Source of the DNA: an uncultured Rhodospirillaceae bacterium
GTDB taxonomy: Bacteria > Pseudomonadota > Alphaproteobacteria > MPNO01 > UBA830
DNA length: 64,000 bases
Direction: 5' to 3'
Assembly (NCBI GenBank): GCA_963977005.1
Contig: CAXBMQ010000019.1
Span: 26,734 to 90,733 of the forward strand
Within the stretch, counting starts at the first letter, position 1; each line of letters opens with the position of its first letter. This document shows positions 9,769-17,208 of the stretch, one piece after another. Under the pieces are notes generated by a model, which searched no databases, had not been told where the DNA came from, and saw nothing but the letters and a program-made list of their open reading frames with translations. The translations under genes were made by a program, and so were the position numbers.

Positions 9769-10527
9769 ATGTCCAGATCGTTAAATCCCGTGGTTATCGT
9801 GCCCGCACGGATGGCCGCGACCCGTTTCCCCGACAAGCCGCTTGCCGATATCCACGGCGTCCCGATGATTGTCCAGGTCCTGCGCCGCGCGATGGAGGCC
9901 GATATCGGTCCGGTCCTCGTCGCCTGCGGCGATGCGGCCATTGCCGACGCGGTCGCCGCCGCCGGCGGACAGGCCGTCATGACCGACCCCGATCACCCCA
10001 GCGGATCCGACAGGGTGCATGAAGCGCTCGGTCTGTTCGACCCCGACGGGCGCTACGATACGGTGGTCAACATCCAGGGCGATCTGCCGACCATCGATCC
10101 CGGCGTTATCGCCGCGGTGCTCGATCCGTTCGACGCCGCGGAGGTCGACATGACGACCCTTGCGGTCGAAATCACCGACGACCGCGAACGCACGGACCCC
10201 AACGTGGTCAAGGCGGTGATCGCGTTTGCCGATGCCGATACCCGTATCGGGCGGGCGCTCTATTTCAGCCGGGCGACGGTGCCCGCCGTGGCGGACGGGC
10301 CGCACTATCATCATATCGGGCTGTACGGTTTCCGCCGTACGGCGCTCGACCGGTTTGTCGCCCTGCCGCCCGGACGGCTCGAAGTGCTCGAGCGGCTCGA
10401 ACAGCTGCGCGCGCTCGAAGCCGGGATGCGGATCGACGTCGCGCTCGTTGACACCGTTCCGCTCGGTGTCGATCCTCCCGCCGATCTGGACCGGGCGCGG
10501 GCATTGCTGGCGTCCGGTTTGTCCTGA
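9769..10527 (+). CDS. kdsB: 3-deoxy-manno-octulosonate cytidylyltransferase (CMP-KDO synthetase)
   Basis: 252 aa. N-terminal [18 protein letters not shown] plus conserved GDLP and HIGLYGF blocks. Confidence 0.9.
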   Translation: MSRSLNPVVIVPARMAATRFPDKPLADIHGVPMIVQVLRRAMEADIGPVLVACGDAAIADAVAAAGGQAVMTDPDHPSGSDRVHEALGLFDPDGRYDTVVNIQGDLPTIDPGVIAAVLDPFDAAEVDMTTLAVEITDDRERTDPNVVKAVIAFADADTRIGRALYFSRATVPAVADGPHYHHIGLYGFRRTALDRFVALPPGRLEVLERLEQLRALEAGMRIDVALVDTVPLGVDPPADLDRARALLASGLS

Positions 10528-10544
10528 CTCGAGAGTCGAAAATC

Positions 10545-11426
10545 ATGGTTTCCCGCAAAAAAACGGCGCGTAGCGCCCGCACGTCACCTGCCCGCACGAT
10601 CGCGTTCCAGGGTCAGCCCGGCGCATTTTCGCACCTCGCTTGCCGTCAGTACTACCCGGAGATGACGCCGCTGCCGACCGCGGCGTTCGAAGACACGTTC
10701 GACGCCGTGAGTTCCGGGCGGGCCAAACTCGCGATGATCCCGATCGAGAATTCGGTTGCCGGCCGCGTTGCCGACATTCACCGCATCATGCCGGATTCGG
10801 GCCTGCATATTATCGGCGAGCGGTTTTTGCGGGTGAACCTTCATCTGCTGGCGCCGAAGGGGGCGACGCTGAAGTCGATCAAACGCGTGCACAGCCATGT
10901 CCATGCGCTCGGCCAGAGCGGGCGGTTCCTGCGCCAGCACGGCCTCGAAGCCGTTGTCCATGCGGATACCGCCGGGGCCGCCGCCGACATCGCGGCGTCG
11001 GGCGATCCCACCGAGGCGGCCATCGCGTCCGAACTGGCCGGAGAAGTCTACGGTCTGAAATCGATCCGTGCCAATATCGAGGACGCCGAGCACAACACCA
11101 CGCGCTTTGTCGTCATGTCCAAAAAGCCGGTACGGCTCAAGCGCGACAGTGGGCCCGTGGTGACGAGTTTCGTCTTCCAGGTGCGCAACGTGCCGGCGGC
11201 GCTCTACAAGGCGATGGGCGGTTTCGCGACGAACGGCGTCAACATGACCAAGCTGGAAAGCTACATGGTCGACGGCGATTTTGTCGCCACCCAGTTCTAT
11301 GCCGATGTCGAGGGCGATCCGCGCGACACCGGCCTGAAGCTGGCGCTCGAGGAACTCGACTTTTTCACGCATAAGGTCACGATTCTGGGCACCTACCCGG
11401 CCGATCCGTTCCGTTTCAGGACCTGA
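10545..11426 (+). CDS. pheA: Prephenate dehydratase
   Basis: 293 aa. PDT domain (IAFQGQPGAFSH..., ESRP-like TRF motif) followed by a C-terminal ACT domain. Confidence 0.9.
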   Translation: MVSRKKTARSARTSPARTIAFQGQPGAFSHLACRQYYPEMTPLPTAAFEDTFDAVSSGRAKLAMIPIENSVAGRVADIHRIMPDSGLHIIGERFLRVNLHLLAPKGATLKSIKRVHSHVHALGQSGRFLRQHGLEAVVHADTAGAAADIAASGDPTEAAIASELAGEVYGLKSIRANIEDAEHNTTRFVVMSKKPVRLKRDSGPVVTSFVFQVRNVPAALYKAMGGFATNGVNMTKLESYMVDGDFVATQFYADVEGDPRDTGLKLALEELDFFTHKVTILGTYPADPFRFRT

Positions 11427-11437
11427 AGCGGGCCTTG

Positions 11438-11471
11438 CAGCCCTGAAATGACGGGCTGAACGCCCTGTTTT
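11438..11471 (+). terminator. Probable rho-independent terminator downstream of pheA
   Basis: Hairpin CAGCCC-tgaaatgac-GGGCTG with an alternative GGGC/GCCC stem, followed by TGTTTT. Located 12 bp after the pheA stop codon. Confidence 0.4.
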
Positions 11472-11573
11472 AGGGATTGGCGCGGCTTATATCCGCCGTT
11501 ATGATTGTTTTGTGCCCGAAACGGTCACGACAGGTGCTTTTGTAGAGATTTGTAGAGAGTTGGGGACGGTAAG

Positions 11574-12239
11574 ATGGGTGCGAAGCGTTTAATCCCGGTT
11601 GTATGCGGCGCGGTATGCGGGTTGATGATGGGCATGATTGCGCTGCCGGCGGGCGCCACGATTATCGGCGGTGCGGTGACCGGCGGCACGGCGCTGGGCG
11701 CCGGCGGTGTTTTCCAGAAGCTCATTCTGCCCTTTGCCGCCAGCCCGACATCCAACACCATCGGCGACGACAACCTGCAATCGCCGAACCTGTTCGGGTT
11801 CGACGAAGAACAGAACATCGTCATCACCTCGACAATCCAGGTGAACATCGGCACCAATCCGGTGGCCGGCGACGTTGTCGCCAGTCACTATATCGGCTTC
11901 GACCCGGCAACGTCGCTGAGCCAGATCGGCTATATCGACTTCGACGCCGATATCTACGGCGTCGCGACCAACCGGACCAACCTCAACAACAGCGATTTCC
12001 TCGCCAATACCGGGGTGACCTATCTGAGCGACAGCCTGCGCGGCCTTGAAAGCGGCGATTCGGTGATGATCGATCCGACGAATTCAAAGCGCCTGCTGGT
12101 CGACTGGTTCGCAAATTCTCCCGGCGACTACGTCCGGGTGTTCACGCAGTTTTCGGCCGCCGCGGTGCCGGCGCCGCCGGTTGCCGGGTTTATTCTGCTC
12201 GGGATCGGATTTCTGGCCGCGCGACGCCGCGCGCGATAG
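11574..12239 (+). CDS. Secreted protein with a C-terminal VPLPA-CTERM-like sorting signal (hypothetical)
   Basis: 221 aa. Signal peptide MGAKRLIPVVCGAVCGLMMGMIALPAGA. C-terminus ...AAVPAPPVAGFILLGIGFLAARRRAR is a PEP-CTERM/VPLPA-CTERM-type tail (motif, hydrophobic helix, Arg cluster). The body is Gly/Thr/Asn-rich. Confidence 0.65.
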   Translation: MGAKRLIPVVCGAVCGLMMGMIALPAGATIIGGAVTGGTALGAGGVFQKLILPFAASPTSNTIGDDNLQSPNLFGFDEEQNIVITSTIQVNIGTNPVAGDVVASHYIGFDPATSLSQIGYIDFDADIYGVATNRTNLNNSDFLANTGVTYLSDSLRGLESGDSVMIDPTNSKRLLVDWFANSPGDYVRVFTQFSAAAVPAPPVAGFILLGIGFLAARRRAR

Positions 12240-12251
12240 GCCGAACGCGCC

Positions 12252-13160
12252 TTAGCCCCGGCGGATCCATTCGTCGATCAGCCGCCGGGCGATCGAATCC
12301 GACCGCGGGCGCTGGGCGATGCCGGCGCCGCCATCGGCAAGCTCAGCCCGTGTAAACCACTGCAGGTCTTCGAGCTCCTCGTCCCACGGGGTCAGTTCCT
12401 CGGTCACCGCGTCGGCGAAAAAGCCCAGCATCAGCGATGACGGGAACGGCCAGGGCTGCGACGAGTGATAGCGGATATTGGCGATCCGGACGCCGGATTC
12501 CTCCATCACCTCGCGGGCAACCGCCTGTTCGAGGCTCTCGCCGGGCTCGACGAAACCGGCCAGGGTCGAATACATGCCGGGCATCCATTCCGCCTTGCGC
12601 CCGAGCAGCGCCCGGTCGTCTTTTTCCACCAGCATGATGACGGCGGGATCGGTGCGCGGAAAATGACCGGCGCCGCAATCGCGGTTCAGGCATTTCCGCA
12701 GATGGCCCGCGTCCTGGCTTTCGGTCGGGCTGCCGCAGACGCCGCAGAACAGGTGCCGCGAATGCCAGTGCATGATGCCCTTGGCATAGGCGAGGATCGA
12801 GGCTTCGGTCCGGTCGAGCACCGCACCGACCGAGCGCAGGTCGACGAACTCGCCGTCGGCCCGCAATTCATTGACCTCGTGGGCCTCGAGCGTCGAGATA
12901 TCGATGGCGAAATGCGCGATGTCGTTGCGCACACCGAGCAGCACGGTGGTGGTCGCCATTTCCATCAGCGCCCGGGTTTCGGCGATCGACATCATCACGC
13001 CGCGCGGTTCCGCCCCCTGTTCGATCAGGCTGCGCGACCGCCAGACGGGAATCACCATGGTGTGTTCGGCAGCGTACTGGGCGTTGACCCAGTCGTTATT
13101 TCGCCGGAATTGCGCCACCCGGTCGAGCACTTCGTCGGCATAGTGATTCTGTGCATTCAT
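12252..13160 (-). CDS. nudC: NAD+ diphosphatase (NADH pyrophosphatase), Nudix family with a zinc ribbon
   Basis: Start placed at MNAQNHYADEV (cat at 13158-13160). Zinc ribbon CGVCGSPT...CLNRDCG, then the Nudix box GFVEPGESLEQAVAREVMEESGV. Confidence 0.8.
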   Translation of the reverse strand: MNAQNHYADEVLDRVAQFRRNNDWVNAQYAAEHTMVIPVWRSRSLIEQGAEPRGVMMSIAETRALMEMATTTVLLGVRNDIAHFAIDISTLEAHEVNELRADGEFVDLRSVGAVLDRTEASILAYAKGIMHWHSRHLFCGVCGSPTESQDAGHLRKCLNRDCGAGHFPRTDPAVIMLVEKDDRALLGRKAEWMPGMYSTLAGFVEPGESLEQAVAREVMEESGVRIANIRYHSSQPWPFPSSLMLGFFADAVTEELTPWDEELEDLQWFTRAELADGGAGIAQRPRSDSIARRLIDEWIRRG

Positions 13161-13229
13161 GGCGCTATAAGTCGCATAGAAGCGGAAATCGCGCAATTGG
13201 ACTGTTCGCACAGGCCAGAGTCGGCCCCG

Positions 13230-13928
13230 TCAGTGGGGCTGGCCGTTTTCCGTCCGGGCAAGCGCCGTACCGATGCGATCAGCGACGTTGCGGATATGAA
13301 TGTTAAGGAGATTCGCTGCAATGTCGGCCTTTCCTCCAAGGGCGGCCCGCACGAGTTCTTCGTGCTCGTCTTCGGTCCGAACGGACGGTGCGATCCCCTC
13401 GAGTATTCTCACCCGGTGGTAGCGTGCGACCTGTTCGTGAAGGGTGCGGCAGAAATGGAGCAACCACGGCGATCCGCAATCCGAGATCAAGGCGGCGTGA
13501 AAGCCCCGGTCTTCCCTCGCCCAATCTCTCAGTGCGTCCGGCGAGCCGAGTTTTAATGATTTTTGCGCACTCGAAACCCGCTGGTGAGCGGCGGCGACGC
13601 GCGCTTCCCACTCGATATCGCCGCGTTTTATGGATCGGTAAAGTGCATCGGGCTCCAGCCGGAGCCGCATTTCGACAAGGTCTGCATACTCTTCGGTGGA
13701 CACCGACGCCACCCGGTATCCCCGCTGCGGAAGCGCGACGATCAGGCCGGTTTCGGCTAAGCGCGACAGGGCCTCCCGCACCGGGCTGATACCGGTCTGG
13801 TAACGGGTGCAGATATCTTCGATGCGGAGTTTTTCGCCTGGTTCGTAACACCCGGCCAGCAGATCGGCGCGAATGCTTTGGAAGGCTCGATGCTGAGCCG
13901 ACCCGCCCTGCAGTGGGGTGTCCGTCAT
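13230..13928 (-). CDS. GntR family transcriptional regulator (FadR/FCD subfamily)
   Basis: 232 aa. N-terminal wHTH (LRIEDICTRYQTGISPVREALSRLAETGLIV) and a C-terminal FCD-like domain. Last gene of the oxygenase operon. Confidence 0.8.
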   Translation of the reverse strand: MTDTPLQGGSAQHRAFQSIRADLLAGCYEPGEKLRIEDICTRYQTGISPVREALSRLAETGLIVALPQRGYRVASVSTEEYADLVEMRLRLEPDALYRSIKRGDIEWEARVAAAHQRVSSAQKSLKLGSPDALRDWAREDRGFHAALISDCGSPWLLHFCRTLHEQVARYHRVRILEGIAPSVRTEDEHEELVRAALGGKADIAANLLNIHIRNVADRIGTALARTENGQPH

Positions 13929-15193
13929 CAGTATCCCATAACGTTGCGGTAATGATGATAAAATCCGCGGATCGCAGCCTCCGTCACCATGTGTTTTTCC
14001 GGAGGCGGTTTCGGACTGCGACCGTCGAGTTCCAGAACCGCCGCATTGCCAGGGTTGGGACGAACGCCTGCGCCGGAGAATTCCATAACCTCGCTGTCGT
14101 CTACCGACACGTATCCTGACGGGCCCGTCAGATTCGCGTGACGCAGACGCCGGAGTATCATTTCCTCGTCATCCTCGTCATATCCGAGATAAGTCCATGC
14201 CAGTTCGAATTCATCCGGCCCGAGCGGGATAATATAGCGAAGCTGCAGCGAATTGGTTTGCTGCTGGACAATCAGACCGGGAAACAATGTCTGGATCATG
14301 ATCGATATATCGTCGGGAAATTCCGGTACGGGAATGACCATACGGGGGTCCTGAAGTTCGTAATCCGGCTTGTAGGATTGCATTTCCTCGGCCCCGTCCG
14401 CATCGTCCCGCTTGTTGCGCATGGAGGCGAAAACGCAATGCGCACCGGTGCGTTCGTCCTGCTCGGTGACGCCGATCTGGTCAATTCGGTAGATGCCGAA
14501 ACTGACGAGAAATACGTGGAGCAGCGTCGCGTGATAGGGGTCCTTGATGTTCTCCATATAGAGTTTCCAGTTGCCACGCAGTTTCTGGCGCTGGTAGCCG
14601 ATAATCCGGAGCTTTTTGCCGCTGAAAACGCGTGTCATGTATTTCATCATCACCGGGCCGATATAATCGGCGAAGGTTGGTGCGGAATCGTCAAATGTTG
14701 CAAATACCGCACCATTTACGGTTTCCGTCTTAAGCCGTTTGAGACCGTGCTGCGCCGGATCGAAATCATCCGGGAAGCCCCCTTGGCCCTTTACGCCGTT
14801 GCGGAACGGTACGCCCTGCAGATTTCCTTTCAGATCGTATGTCCACTGGTGATAAGGGCAGATAAGCGCCTCGCTGCTGCCAAACGTTTTCTGACAGACC
14901 TCGGTGCCGCGATGGGCGCAACTGTTGAGCAACGCGTTTATCGAATTGTCGCTGTCCCGCACCATGAGCACGGATCGTTCGCCGATGGTCGTACGTTTGT
15001 AGTCGCCGATTTCCGGCACTTCCACATCGACGCCGATGTAGTGCCAGTGCGGCCCGTAGAAGATGCGGTCGAGTTCGCGCTGGTAATTGGCCTTGTCGCT
15101 ATAGACCCAGAGCGGTACGCGCGACGCATCGTCGCCCGGCCAGATCAGGGGTGTTTCGGCGGTTGTAGCCAGTACGGCATGTCCATCATCCAT
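13928..15193 (-). CDS. Rieske non-heme iron ring-hydroxylating oxygenase, alpha subunit
   Basis: 421 aa. Rieske motif CAHRG...CPYHQW. Mononuclear iron motif DPYHATLLHVF in the catalytic domain. Confidence 0.85.
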   Translation of the reverse strand: MDDGHAVLATTAETPLIWPGDDASRVPLWVYSDKANYQRELDRIFYGPHWHYIGVDVEVPEIGDYKRTTIGERSVLMVRDSDNSINALLNSCAHRGTEVCQKTFGSSEALICPYHQWTYDLKGNLQGVPFRNGVKGQGGFPDDFDPAQHGLKRLKTETVNGAVFATFDDSAPTFADYIGPVMMKYMTRVFSGKKLRIIGYQRQKLRGNWKLYMENIKDPYHATLLHVFLVSFGIYRIDQIGVTEQDERTGAHCVFASMRNKRDDADGAEEMQSYKPDYELQDPRMVIPVPEFPDDISIMIQTLFPGLIVQQQTNSLQLRYIIPLGPDEFELAWTYLGYDEDDEEMILRRLRHANLTGPSGYVSVDDSEVMEFSGAGVRPNPGNAAVLELDGRSPKPPPEKHMVTEAAIRGFYHHYRNVMGY

Positions 15194-15206
15194 CTCGTAT
15201 TCTCCT

Positions 15207-15701
15207 TTAGACCGGATAAATCAACGCGCCGGGAACGCGTTCGGTATCGAAAATCACGACACGTTCCATGAAACGGACTTCTTCGCCAAGTTCTACATGA
15301 TCGAACGTGCGCGCTACCATCAAGAGGTGGCTGTCGCCATCGTCGAGGGTGTGATAGGCGGAGAACATGCTGCGGGTGCGTGCCGTATCTCCATCGGTTT
15401 CAACCACGCGGGTTGTGCCGATTACGTAGCACATCGCCCGCGGTGCAAAGACCATTGAATTGCGAATGGCGACGACGCGGTCGACCAGGGCGCCTTTGCT
15501 CTCCGAAAAGATCGGGCCGAGCATCATGCCACGGTCATTGTTGCTGCGGGGCTTGACGTGATAGAGGCAATCGTCGGTAAAGAAATCTGGCCATGCCTCG
15601 ATGTTGCCGTCGCAGATGGTTTCGGCGTATCGCGCGTACAGATCATCGATACGCGCTTTCAGGTCTGCGGCTACCGGTCGTTTGGCGGTCAAAGCGGTCA
15701 T
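15207..15701 (-). CDS. Ring-hydroxylating dioxygenase beta subunit (NTF2/SnoaL-like fold)
   Basis: 164 aa, immediately upstream of the alpha subunit in the same orientation. Sequence is typical of small beta subunits (YHVKPRSN..., HLLMVARTFDHVE). Confidence 0.75.
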   Translation of the reverse strand: MTALTAKRPVAADLKARIDDLYARYAETICDGNIEAWPDFFTDDCLYHVKPRSNNDRGMMLGPIFSESKGALVDRVVAIRNSMVFAPRAMCYVIGTTRVVETDGDTARTRSMFSAYHTLDDGDSHLLMVARTFDHVELGEEVRFMERVVIFDTERVPGALIYPV

Positions 15702-15712
15702 CCTGCTTTCCC

Positions 15713-16798
15713 CTATTCGGCAGCGGTTCGGACTTTGGCGGCCGCGGATTCCGCGAAGGCAGGTGCGATATCGCGCATGAAGCGGTCCATCTGTTCGATC
15801 ACCATCGAATGCGGCTTGCCGCCGATATTGAAATACAGGATTACTTCGTCCATTCCCGCCGCCTCCACCTTTTTCAGAGATTCGATAATCTGGTCGGGCG
15901 GGCCGATTAGGATCGAGCGGTCGTTCATGCTCTCCTTGGTCGCAGAACCGAGTTTTTTGCGTATATCGAGGAAATAGCGCATGTTCGGCGGCACTTTGGC
16001 CGGGTCGTCGGGGATATTGCGCAACGCGCTGTACTGGTAATAATCCATCATCGTCTGACGCCCGAGTTCGTCTTCCTCCGGGGTTTCAGCGATATGGATG
16101 AAATAGCTGCACATTGCCCGGCCCGGTTTATGTCCGTGCGCAATGCAGGCCTCGCGGTACACATCTACGCCCTTGTCGAGACCGCCGAACACCATTGCCG
16201 CCGCGAATGGCGCGAAGATCACATTAAGACCGCGCCGTCCCGCCATCTGCAGGCTGGTTTCCGAGAATGACGCGACATAGAACGGGATCGGTTGCTGCAT
16301 GGGCTTTGGCGTGATGGCCATGCTCTCGATATCGTAATAGGTGCCCTTGTGCGACCATTCTCCGGGTTCGGTCCAAGCCTTGAGAACAACGTCAATGCCT
16401 TCTTCGAACATCTCGGCCGACTTAAAGAAATCGGCGCCGAAGGGCTGGTATTCCTCTGCGTCGTAGCCGCGCCCCGCCGCGAAATCGACGCGCCCGCCGC
16501 TGAGCAGGTCGAGCGTCGCCCATTCCTCGGCGACATGCACCGGATGATGGATTGGCAGTACTGTGATCGCAGGTGCGAGGCGGATATTCTCGGTCAGCGC
16601 GGCGATGTTCGACAGGACCGTCCCGGGCCGTGAGTTGACACCGAGCCGGTCGAAGTGATGTTCGCCGATCCACGCTGAATGCATGCCGAGTTGGTCAGCG
16701 TAAACGGCCTGATCTCGAATCTCCATGACGAAGTCGTTCGCTGTGCGCTGGTTTCCCGGATAGTGATTATCGCTCAGGGTGAAATAACCGAACTTCAC
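15713..16798 (-). CDS. LLM-class (luciferase-like) flavin-dependent oxidoreductase
   Basis: Start reassigned to GTG (cac at 16796-16798) giving MKFGYFTLSDNHY..., preceded by the RBS AAAGGA. The ORF-track N-terminal extension to 17074 overlaps the ffs/dnaX region. Bacterial luciferase-like TIM-barrel signature. Confidence 0.8.
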   Translation of the reverse strand: MKFGYFTLSDNHYPGNQRTANDFVMEIRDQAVYADQLGMHSAWIGEHHFDRLGVNSRPGTVLSNIAALTENIRLAPAITVLPIHHPVHVAEEWATLDLLSGGRVDFAAGRGYDAEEYQPFGADFFKSAEMFEEGIDVVLKAWTEPGEWSHKGTYYDIESMAITPKPMQQPIPFYVASFSETSLQMAGRRGLNVIFAPFAAAMVFGGLDKGVDVYREACIAHGHKPGRAMCSYFIHIAETPEEDELGRQTMMDYYQYSALRNIPDDPAKVPPNMRYFLDIRKKLGSATKESMNDRSILIGPPDQIIESLKKVEAAGMDEVILYFNIGGKPHSMVIEQMDRFMRDIAPAFAESAAAKVRTAAE

Positions 16799-16863
16799 AA
16801 TATGGATCCTTTCCCGTTTTCTTGAGACGCTTTTTCTCGTGTTTGCTGATGCGATGGTTGCAC

Positions 16864-16900
16864 ATAAAATATATTTTTTAAATAAAAAATATATTTTTAA
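16864..16900. promoter_or_regulatory. AT-rich tandem pair of perfect palindromes, AAAATATATTTT and AAAAATATATTTTT, in the divergent LLM/ffs promoter region
   Basis: Seen directly in the sequence. Two self-complementary A/T blocks 8 bp apart in an otherwise 65% GC context, about 65 bp upstream of the LLM start and about 145 bp upstream of ffs. Confidence 0.4.
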
Positions 16901-17042
16901 CGCGAATAACAGGGCGGCGAAGATTTCGGGCGGTTCGAAGAGCCATGCTTTCTTTCGCCCCAAGATGTGAGAATCCGGAAATTCAGGCGGTACCGGCAGA
17001 CTCCATTTGGCCCACCCCCGCCCGACCTGATATACTCCCTGC

Positions 17043-17138
17043 GGGAGGCTGGCGGCGGACGGATTGCTCGCCAACCCGGTCAGGTCCGGAAGGAAGCAGC
17101 CGTAACGAGATTTACCCGGGTCGCCTCACCAGTCTCCC
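17043..17138 (+). ncRNA. ffs: Signal recognition particle RNA (4.5S RNA, small bacterial SRP RNA)
   Basis: Contains the universally conserved domain IV sequence CCGGUCAGGUCCGGAAGGAAGCAGCC. The 5' end GGGAGGCUGG pairs with the 3' end CCAGUCUCCC as a closing helix. The conserved ffs-dnaX-ybaB-recR arrangement supports the call. Boundaries are approximate to about 5 nt. Confidence 0.85.
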
Positions 17139-17208
17139 ACCTTATGACCCCCCGCCGCCGCCCGAATGTGTCGCGCGCCGGCAGGGCTGGAGAAGTTTGA
17201 AGCCCCTT

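Noticed and set aside
16945-17208. N-terminal 88 codons of the track's 789-aa dnaX ORF
   Set aside because: This stretch contains the SRP RNA gene and the dnaX RBS. The real tau N-terminus MADAPHST... begins at 17209.
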